DNA of 64,000 nucleotides from Squalus acanthias. Lineage: Eukaryota. The DNA lies in NCBI GenBank assembly GCA_030390025.1, contig CM059433.1, forward strand, positions 930,001 to 994,000. The letters are read 5' to 3'. Both the position numbers and the translations under genes were made by a program. Of this stretch, positions 14,298 to 21,653 are shown one piece after another. How positions within the stretch are numbered: the first letter of the stretch is position 1; every line of letters starts with the position of its first letter. Under the pieces are notes generated by a model, which was not told the origin of the DNA, did no database searches, and saw only the letters and a program-made list of their open reading frames with translations.

Positions 14298-15707
14298 CTA
14301 CAGCCACTGGCTCATCTCTTGAGGGCTGGCTACCCCGGCGACGGTGTCATGCGTTTCCTCCATGGGCTGGAGATCGGTGTATCCTTCCTTTTCTTCGTCT
14401 TTGAGCAATGGCTCCTCTTCCCGTACGGCGCTGACTGACATTAGCTGGGTTGTGGCAATCTTACAACATGTCTTGAACAAGGTTATCAAGCAACATACAG
14501 CGACACATATCATCACTATCACAACGATTACGTGCATAATCCAGGGGCCCCATTCTGTTAGCCCCAACCATTCTAGCCATGACTGTGTCGGTTCCCGGTG
14601 TAATTTCTTAATCTCTTCCTTCATGTGATTTACCAAGTTGGTGATGTTTTCCGAACTATCAGGGATGTAAGTACAACACTCTTGCCCGATCACCGCGCAA
14701 GTGCCTCCTTCCTTTGCAAGCAAGTAGTCCAGTGCCATCCTGTTTTGCATGGCCACTGTCCTGAGGGCTACCATTTCTGCGCTTATTTCTGCAAGGGCTT
14801 CTGTGGTGTCGTTGGCTACCTTCTCGAGAATTTGGGCATTGTTAATGATTTCCCGTGCTAATTTACCCACCCCCCAGTGGGGGAAGGCGACGGTGAAGAA
14901 TCGCTCAGTCTCCGTAATTCCTCGCCTGGTTCGATAACAATGGTGCTCCGTGAGGGATTTGAGATGGTATACATAAGGCATAACGTATCCCAGGTAACAT
15001 GACCCGGTCCAATCTCTGGGCAGCCATGGGTACGCCTTGTGCCCGCATATAAAATATGTTCCATTGTAGGCCGTCATATCCATGTTTGCCCGAAAGATAG
15101 TGAAACCCATCTGACTATCTGTGGCCCGTCGGGTCCCATTCCACGGTTGGTTACTCGTTAAGTTTAGCAGACCAGTGGTATTAAACCACCAGCTTTCAAA
15201 TGCCGTGTTCCCCTCCTCATATGTCACAAAGGTTTGGGTGCAATTACTATTTCCTGCCTCTAGGTTCACCTTCACCCCTCTACTTACACTCCTTGTCCAA
15301 CATATTTCCCCGACGGGTCTTCCGACCCCGGTTGTGTTTGTTAGGGCGAAGAAGGGTGGATCTTTACTAGAGTTGTACTTGGGTTTGTAACATCCCTTAA
15401 ATTGTTCCAATGGGTACCCTCCACCTCGGAACTCCTCCCTCGTGACGTCATGATAGCTGTTCTGGTCATTAAGCGCAAATTCTGCTAGTTCCGTGAGATT
15501 CAGGGGTATGGGCCGCAGTGGTATCCCACCCTTACTGTGGATCGGAATATGACTACACACCCAACAGCTACTTTGCCCTGTCTCCTTTACGTATTCATAC
15601 GACATATATACAAAGGTATTCACCTGGAGCTCTCTTCGCTTACGGGAGCCCCTTTCCATTCCCGAAACAATGCATGTTAACGCTATTAAACACAGTGGTA
15701 TCCCCAT
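14298..15707 (-). CDS. env: Envelope glycoprotein, gamma-type SU/TM (469 aa from ATG 15707; the ORF track extends it to a GTG at 15737)
   Basis: Strong Kozak AAAATGG and signal peptide MGIPLCLIALTCIVSG. CWVC (CXXC) motif, several N-X-S/T sequons, furin site RTRR (14922-14933), ISD QNRMALDYLLAKEGGTC, CX6CC (CAVIGQECC), and TM anchor WIMHVIVVIVMICVAVCCLITLF. Confidence 0.95.
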   Translation of the reverse strand: MGIPLCLIALTCIVSGMERGSRKRRELQVNTFVYMSYEYVKETGQSSCWVCSHIPIHSKGGIPLRPIPLNLTELAEFALNDQNSYHDVTREEFRGGGYPLEQFKGCYKPKYNSSKDPPFFALTNTTGVGRPVGEICWTRSVSRGVKVNLEAGNSNCTQTFVTYEEGNTAFESWWFNTTGLLNLTSNQPWNGTRRATDSQMGFTIFRANMDMTAYNGTYFICGHKAYPWLPRDWTGSCYLGYVMPYVYHLKSLTEHHCYRTRRGITETERFFTVAFPHWGVGKLAREIINNAQILEKVANDTTEALAEISAEMVALRTVAMQNRMALDYLLAKEGGTCAVIGQECCTYIPDSSENITNLVNHMKEEIKKLHREPTQSWLEWLGLTEWGPWIMHVIVVIVMICVAVCCLITLFKTCCKIATTQLMSVSAVREEEPLLKDEEKEGYTDLQPMEETHDTVAGVASPQEMSQWL

Positions 15708-15733
15708 TTTTACTTGGAAGCAGGCACTGTCTA

Positions 15734-15838
15734 TCACCGTGTCGTTGCCGCTTCTGGTAGCACTCTTGTATTAACATACAAACATAAAAACACAGTAGTT
15801 AGTACACCAAATGCAATAAGCCAAAGGTAATTGGACAT
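15734..15838 (-). CDS. Candidate 34-aa single-pass membrane accessory protein (MSNYLWLIAFGVLTTVFLCLYVNTRVLPEAATTR)
   Basis: Manual translation. First ATG after the env splice acceptor, with an uncharged ~19-aa hydrophobic run. Its TGA lies 26 nt before the env ATG. Confidence 0.45.
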   Translation of the reverse strand: MSNYLWLIAFGVLTTVFLCLYVNTRVLPEAATTR

Positions 15839-15854
15839 TTACGGGTCGCTTGAT

Positions 15855-15879
15855 CTGTAGGTAAAAGAAACACAAAGAA
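15855..15879 (-). promoter_or_regulatory. Splice acceptor for the subgenomic env mRNA
   Basis: Minus strand TTCTTTGTGTTTCTTTTACCTACAG|ATC: polypyrimidine tract plus CAG just after the pol stop. The exon would start at 15854. Confidence 0.75.
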
Positions 15880-15886
15880 GCGCCCA

Positions 15887-18800
15887 TTAGTTCATCTTTT
15901 CTCCATATATTTTTAATTGTGTCCAATGTTTCCAGACTCCCTTCCCCCTTATGTCCAGACAGGCACAGGTATCACCACTAATTATAATTTCGTAGGGTCC
16001 GCTCCATTTTGGGGCGAAGCCTGGCTTGTCAGGCAGGACCTTCAGCATCACTTTGCTGCCCGCTGACGGCACGGAGGGTGTCATGACCCCCTCCTGTGCC
16101 TGATCCTGAAGTTCCTGATTGTCTCGTACGGCTTGGCGCATCCCCTTCAGTTGGGTGCTAAGCTCTAAGACATAACGCCGTAGTCTGTCCTTTAAGGGGC
16201 CCACATCAGCCCCACCTGTTATGATGCCTTCTGGTAATTGCATCGCCCTTCCTGTCATTAGTTCATAAGGGGTCAGGCCTGTCGTACGATTCGTGGTGGC
16301 TCGTAACTTCATTAGGATAAGGGGTAAAACCTCAACCCATGTTTTCCCAGATTCCTGTATTGCCTTTGCTAAAGTGTTTTTGAGTGTTCGATTCATTCTT
16401 TCAACCATTCCCGAGCTCTGGGGGTGGTAAGGGATATGGAACTTCTGTTTGATCCCCATCAGCTGACAAATATTCTTTACTACACTCCCTGTAAAGTGCG
16501 TTCCTTGGTCAGAGTCGATTTGCAAGGGCACTCCCCACCGCGGGATTACTTCCTCGGCCAGGATTCTGGCTACCGTTAAGGCCGTGCAATTCCGCGTTGG
16601 GAAAGCTTCTACCCACCTTGTGAACTGGTCAATTATCACAAGGCAGTATATTTTTCCATGGGACTGGGGAAGTGGTCCCGTAAAATCAATTTGTATGTGC
16701 TCCCAAGGACCTCGGGGTCTTGGCTGGTGGCCCATTCTAATTTTAATAGGCCGGCCAGGATTATGCTGAGCACAAGTGATACATCGCTGACAGTGCCTCG
16801 CGATGTCTCTTCCCATCCCCTTCCACCACCAATCCTTACTTATTAAGGAGCTCATTGCCTCTCTCCCTGTATGTGAAATACCGTGATGTATCTCTAGCAG
16901 AGTCTGTTGTATGCACTCCGGTGCTACTACTTTACCTTCTTTTCGCCAGACTCGATCGGATCCTACTCCAGCTCCATTTCTTACCCATGTTTCCTTTTCC
17001 GTGTCTGATGCTTCGTCTTGGACTTCCCAGATCTTTATTTCGTTCTCCGGGCTGTCTACGCTGCCCACCGGTACTTCGTTTATCTCCTCCTGTTCTAGAG
17101 CTGCCTGTGCTGCCCAATCAGCCGCCTGGTTCCCCTGGTGGCTGTCCCAGTCTGGGCTTGTCTTGTCTGGTTCTTTCTGATGGGCCTTAATTTTGATAAC
17201 TGCCACCTGTTTAGGTCTTTTGCTTGCTTCTAGCAAGGCCTCTATTCGTCCCTGATGTTTGATGGGGTTACCTCCTGTGGTTATATACCCTCTACGTCCC
17301 CATGCTGTCATGTAGTCATGCACTACCCCGAAGGCATACCGGCTATCTGTGTATATATTGACTACCTGGTTCTTTGCTTCATTCAATGCTTGAGTCAACG
17401 CGACCAACTCTGCTACTTGGGCTGATAAGCTACCGTCTAACCGTCCAGATTTAACTACTTCCATCTTACTATTAACTACTGCCCACCCGGTTCGGGGTTG
17501 TCCATTAATATATTTACGGGATCCATCTACATAGAATGTTTCCTCCACTTCCTCTAGAGGGGTGTCTTTGATAATCTCTTCTCCAATGTCCTCGTCTATT
17601 TTTTTACAACTGTGTGGGGCTCCTGTTCCCAGGATCCCCTCAGCTGGGTTCTCCCCTATGTCTCGGACTATGATGATAGACTCGTTAGGGGGTAATAGAA
17701 CTGCTTCCCACTTAGCTCTTCTCATGTTTGAGACAGATCTTAATTTTCCAGTATTTAGCATTTCCACCAAGGTATGCTTGGTGTGCAAGACTATGTTCCC
17801 GGTCATTACTATCGGTTCGCTCACCTTTACTGCCCATGCTGCGCAGTCCAGTGCCGCTATACATCGCGAGAGTCCGGAGACTACCGGTCCTTCTGCGGTC
17901 GAGTAGTATGCCACTGGTCTGCGCTTATCGCCATGGTCCTGGGTTATCACAGCGGTGTAGAACCCGCCCTCATTGTCACAGTGAATATGGAAAGGTTTGT
18001 TCATATCTGGCAGCCCTAGTCCCGGGGCTGACAGTAACTCCTTCTTCAACTGTCCGTAAGCTTTTTCCTGTTCTGGGCCCCACTCTATGGACTCAAGGGC
18101 AGGCCTTCCTCCCTTTACTAACCTTTGGATAGGCTCAGCTATCTTAGCGAACCCGGGGACGAAGTTCCTGCTGTAGTTAAAAAGTCCTAAGACCTTCCTA
18201 ACTCCCCTTATTGTCACTGGTCTGGGCATATCCCAGACTGCAGCCTTCCTATCCGTTGGCATCTCCTTTGTCCCTTGGGAAATGAGATGCCCTAGATACG
18301 TGACTTTGAACTTTCCAATCTGGGCCTTCCTAGGGCTAGCCTTCAGTCCTGCGTCCCTTAATGCTGTCAGTACTATCTTCAGGGCCTTATTATGACCTGG
18401 AACTTTGTCCGAGGCTATCAGGAGATCGTCAACGTACTGGAGGACCGTGCTCCCTGGTGGGAGCTCTGCACCCTTTAAAATATTACTCATTACCCGATGG
18501 AAGATCGCGGGGCTATTATGGAATCCTTGTGGCAGGCGGGTCCAGGTGTACTGTCTGTCTCCTACTGTGAATGCAAATTTCTCCTGAGACTCTGGATCCA
18601 ATGGGAGAGCCCAGAATCCGTTGGCTATGTCCAACACTGTGAATATCTTGTGTTCGGGAGCCAGTCCGTTCAAAATTGTGGACGGGCTGGCGACTATGGG
18701 GTGAAGCTTGGGCGTCACTTTATTCAAGGCCGTATAGTCAATTGTCAGCCTGTAACTCCCATCTGGCTTTTTAACTGGCCACGTAGGGGAATTGGTTGTG

Positions 18801-19444
18801 CTCGTGGTTTCCCGAAGGACACCTCTTTCTACCAATCCCTTTACTATGTCTTCTACAGCTTTCTTTGCTTCTGGTTTAATGGGATATTGTCGGTGGGGTT
18901 TGTGTTCGGGTCCTGGGACGACAATGGGGTCAATCTTAACCATTCCTGTGTCTAACTTATCTTTTGCCCATACTCCTTGTACCGAGGCACACGTGTCCCC
19001 GTACCCATTGGTTTCCACTTGCCAGTCCCGGCTTACCGCTGTAGCCACTCCCACTTTGGTGGTATTATTGGTCAGACAGTGCATACTAGTTTTATGCCCA
19101 TCCAAGTTTGGCCAAGTTATTTTCTTCTTACCACAATCAATTAATACCTGGTATTCTTTCATTAAGTCATTTCCCATTATTGTTCCCTCATTATTCTTAC
19201 ACACGTAAAATCGCATAGGGATGAAAAAGTTATCTATTTCTACCAATTGGGTTGTGCTCAGAAAGGCAGGTGTTTTATCACCGCCAATCCCTGTGATGTA
19301 GACCTTTCTGTCCATTATCGGGATGGGAAGGTTGGTCACGGATACTGAGGCACCGGTGTCCACTAGCATCTCACACGGTCGGCCCCCTACTAGTGCAGAC
19401 ACATACATCCTTCCCTTGTCTCTTTTTACGGGGGCTGCTGACTG
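15887..19444 (-). CDS. pol: Pol (protease - RT - tether - RNase H - integrase), probably made as Gag-Pol by stop readthrough
   Basis: PR LVDTGAS. RT WTRLPQGFHNSP and YVDDLL. Tether PFHIHCD...PVAYYS. RNase H FYVDGS, AQVAELVAL, IYTDSRYAFG. IN HHCC and D-D-E (IDFTGPLP, IDSDQGTHF, VERMNRTLK), with a C-terminal GPY motif. The frame is open from the gag TGA to TAA at 15887. Confidence 0.97.
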   Translation of the reverse strand, partial: QSAAPVKRDKGRMYVSALVGGRPCEMLVDTGASVSVTNLPIPIMDRKVYITGIGGDKTPAFLSTTQLVEIDNFFIPMRFYVCKNNEGTIMGNDLMKEYQVLIDCGKKKITWPNLDGHKTSMHCLTNNTTKVGVATAVSRDWQVETNGYGDTCASVQGVWAKDKLDTGMVKIDPIVVPGPEHKPHRQYPIKPEAKKAVEDIVKGLVERGVLRETTSTTNSPTWPVKKPDGSYRLTIDYTALNKVTPKLHPIVASPSTILNGLAPEHKIFTVLDIANGFWALPLDPESQEKFAFTVGDRQYTWTRLPQGFHNSPAIFHRVMSNILKGAELPPGSTVLQYVDDLLIASDKVPGHNKALKIVLTALRDAGLKASPRKAQIGKFKVTYLGHLISQGTKEMPTDRKAAVWDMPRPVTIRGVRKVLGLFNYSRNFVPGFAKIAEPIQRLVKGGRPALESIEWGPEQEKAYGQLKKELLSAPGLGLPDMNKPFHIHCDNEGGFYTAVITQDHGDKRRPVAYYSTAEGPVVSGLSRCIAALDCAAWAVKVSEPIVMTGNIVLHTKHTLVEMLNTGKLRSVSNMRRAKWEAVLLPPNESIIIVRDIGENPAEGILGTGAPHSCKKIDEDIGEEIIKDTPLEEVEETFYVDGSRKYINGQPRTGWAVVNSKMEVVKSGRLDGSLSAQVAELVALTQALNEAKNQVVNIYTDSRYAFGVVHDYMTAWGRRGYITTGGNPIKHQGRIEALLEASKRPKQVAVIKIKAHQKEPDKTSPDWDSHQGNQAADWAAQAALEQEEINEVPVGSVDSPENEIKIWEVQDEASDTEKETWVRNGAGVGSDRVWRKEGKVVAPECIQQTLLEIHHGISHTGREAMSSLISKDWWWKGMGRDIARHCQRCITCAQHNPGRPIKIRMGHQPRPRGPWEHIQIDFTGPLPQSHGKIYCLVIIDQFTRWVEAFPTRNCTALTVARILAEEVIPRWGVPLQIDSDQGTHFTGSVVKNICQLMGIKQKFHIPYHPQSSGMVERMNRTLKNTLAKAIQESGKTWVEVLPLILMKLRATTNRTTGLTPYELMTGRAMQLPEGIITGGADVGPLKDRLRRYVLELSTQLKGMRQAVRDNQELQDQAQEGVMTPSVPSAGSKVMLKVLPDKPGFAPKWSGPYEIIISGDTCACLDIRGKGVWKHWTQLKIYGEKMN

Positions 19445-20779
19445 TCACTGTGTCTCTTTCCACTGTTGATATTGTCTCTTTTCTTCGGGGGTCATGGTGA
19501 CGTGGGTCGTCTCAGGTCTGCCATGTTTACTGAAACAAGTGGCCTCAGTATGGCCCTTCTTATTACAGTAAGTACATGTCTTCTTAGCCATACAATCTCT
19601 AATAAAATGTCCAGGCTTCCCGCAACCATGACATGCCCCCTTGGGTCCCACTGCCTGTTTTACCGCACTTACACTTTCCTGTTTAACCTTGACCATACCT
19701 TCCTCTTTGGCTTTTAACCCGTCTACCCCACAAGCCCACTCTACTAGGTCATCGTAATTCCTGGTTGTTACTACGCCCATCTTGATGATAGCCTGGTGTG
19801 CGGGAGACAAGCCATCTTTAAAGGCCTGAATGAAAGCGGGGTCAGTTCTTGCCGGCCCTGGTTGGCCTGATGACTCTCCATAAACAATAAACAGCCTTTC
19901 TCCATATTCGGAGGCCCCCTCGCCCTTTTGCTGCTTACAGGACGTTATCTTACTCCAATTAGTCGGGGCCTCTCCTAACACCCGCTGGATTTCTGTTTTA
20001 AACAGATTAAAGGGAGCCTGTTGTCGGTCTATTGTATCTGCCAATGGACATTGTTCAGTCCATCGACCGGTCTTATAATCCGTATTGGCCTGATTGGGGG
20101 TGGTCTGCGTGAGGCGCCATCGGTCGACCGGACATGCTGCCCGGACCAACTGATGAACGTCACGCAGGTGGAGGCTGTGTCCCAGCCAAACCATATCTAG
20201 GTTTGCCCAGAACTTGGTGTTGGCACTTCGTGTTTGTAAGTTCCCCAGGTCTTTCAAAATCTGTTGTCTTTCTCCCGGGGTAAAAGGCTGAAAATCCGCC
20301 CTTGCCCCGGCGGCACCAGGCTGGCCCCTCATTTTAACGGGGGCCGCGAAATATTCTTCTGTTGTATCCCCAACTGTTTCTTCAGTTGGGGCTGTTGGTC
20401 CGGAAAGTCCGTACGGGGGGAATGGATCTGTGTTACACCCCATCCACCTTCCGGGACACATTCTACTTTGTTCTTGATTTATTCCCTCTAGTATTTCTAT
20501 CTTCTTTTTTAAATCTGCTATTTCTCTGTTTTTGGCCTTCTCAGTCTCTCGGACCTTATCTACTTGCTCGATTAGTCCCGCCAATTGGTGTACCAAAAGA
20601 ACTCCCGTTTTCTTGGTTTTCTCCCTTTTTTGCTTACGTACCCACTCTCGTTGTGACTCTAATGACTGGCTAACATCCCAGCCATCTTTCTGCATTCTGT
20701 CTATCAGCGAACGTCTATCTGTCATGTAACTATTAATAAGGGACCCCGGGGGCCCCATCTTAATGTCCTTACCTGACAT
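19445..20779 (-). CDS. gag: Gag polyprotein (444 aa)
   Basis: PTAP late domain (20387-20398), MHR-like QQKGEGASEYGERL, and two CX2CX4HX4C knuckles CHGCGKPGHFIRDC and CTYCNKKGHTEATC (19535-19633). Confidence 0.95.
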   Translation of the reverse strand: MSGKDIKMGPPGSLINSYMTDRRSLIDRMQKDGWDVSQSLESQREWVRKQKREKTKKTGVLLVHQLAGLIEQVDKVRETEKAKNREIADLKKKIEILEGINQEQSRMCPGRWMGCNTDPFPPYGLSGPTAPTEETVGDTTEEYFAAPVKMRGQPGAAGARADFQPFTPGERQQILKDLGNLQTRSANTKFWANLDMVWLGHSLHLRDVHQLVRAACPVDRWRLTQTTPNQANTDYKTGRWTEQCPLADTIDRQQAPFNLFKTEIQRVLGEAPTNWSKITSCKQQKGEGASEYGERLFIVYGESSGQPGPARTDPAFIQAFKDGLSPAHQAIIKMGVVTTRNYDDLVEWACGVDGLKAKEEGMVKVKQESVSAVKQAVGPKGACHGCGKPGHFIRDCMAKKTCTYCNKKGHTEATCFSKHGRPETTHVTMTPEEKRQYQQWKETQ

Positions 20780-21123
20780 CGCCCGTCCGCTCTCCGATCA
20801 CACTCTCCAGTAAACACTCACCGCCTCTCTTCACTCTCCCGTCCTTCTGGACTCGTGAACTCGTTTACCGACGTGTCTAGTTGCCTGGAGTTCCGGATCT
20901 CGCAAGCACCGCCCGCAGACTTTATCACAGGTTTTACTCTGTACCTTTAACCTACGGCCCAAAAATTTGACATTGTAATGCAGAATACTCACAACGATTC
21001 CCCCTCTGCCTTCCGAGAATACCCGGACCAAAAACCCCTATAAAGTGTACACTCGCAAATCCCCTCAGATTCTTTCGGTTACTCGAGCCCGTTAACACTT
21101 GATCAGGGTGTCGGTACTCAGTA

Positions 21124-21141
21124 ACCCTGCTCGCAGCGCCA
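21124..21141 (-). promoter_or_regulatory. Primer binding site, tRNA-Ser type
   Basis: TGGCGCTGCGAGCAGGGT, 2 nt after the 5' LTR. Its complement ACCCTGCTCGCAGCGCCA resembles the 3' ends of vertebrate tRNA-Ser(TGA/CGA) as I recall them. Confidence 0.8.
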
Positions 21142-21143
21142 AT

Positions 21144-21653
21144 TGTTGTAGGGGCTAATCGGAGCCTTAAGCGGACTAACCGTGAAGGAGAGTCGACGCG
21201 TTACCCGACTTAGCCCGACTGAGCAATAAAACTCAAACACCAATTTACACGGTTAAATGCGGGAGTACACTTTATTCACAGCGCTCTGGGAGAGAATTGA
21301 TGCACCCACGTGCAGTCACCGACCTCTCAAATAAGTCACTCTGGGGCACAGTATTTTATACATCCATCATTGATTACATTGTGCTCACATGAGCATGTGA
21401 TAGTCATTAGAATCCAATCAATTTTATGTATACAATTGTTAAGCATAGTAAATCAATTAACGTCAGGATACAGTTGATGTGATCAGCCTCGTCTATGTGA
21501 CAGTGTTATCTCGAGCCCTGTATGTTGCAACGTTGTCTGACAAGGCAGACTGCCAACCCATTGCAGAAAAGTCCTGTGTCAGCGAATTTAAAGTTCATTA
21601 ACTGGATGAGTTTTTCTTCTCCGACATTTCTTTAATAATTTTCTTCTCCAACA
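21144..21653 (-). repeat. 5' LTR (510 bp)
   Basis: Direct repeat of 13710-14219, followed on the minus strand by the PBS and flanked by the AGCT TSD. Confidence 0.97.
21354..21420 (-). promoter_or_regulatory. LTR core promoter: TATA box, inverted E-box pair, CCAAT
   Basis: TATAAAA on the minus strand at 21354-21360. TCACATG-AG-CATGTGA palindrome at 21385-21400. CCAAT at ~21414-21418. Confidence 0.65.

Larger units (their letters stand above)
13710..21653 (-). mobile_element. Full-length endogenous retrovirus (LTR-PBS-gag-pol-env-PPT-LTR), 7,944 bp
   Basis: Paired 510-bp LTRs with TG...CA ends, 4-bp TSD AGCT (13706-13709 and 21654-21657), PBS, PPT, and three long uninterrupted retroviral ORFs on the minus strand. 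Confidence 0.98.

Noticed and set aside
15708..15737. Env start at GTG 15737, as in the ORF track
   Set aside because: ATG 15707 has a strong Kozak context and directly begins a signal peptide.
14344..20729. Plus-strand ORFs antisense to gag, pol and env (up to 152 aa)
   Set aside because: No recognisable motifs and many use non-ATG starts. They are the expected shadows of long coding frames.
20831..21031. 66-aa ORF in the viral leader
   Set aside because: Starts at TTG rather than ATG and has no motif. Not supportable as an accessory gene.
13710..21653. Classification as Ty3/Gypsy or lokiretrovirus
   Set aside because: Tether plus a separate RNase H, and a gamma-type env (CXXC, ISD, CX6CC), indicate a bona fide retrovirus without a paramyxovirus-like fusion protein.
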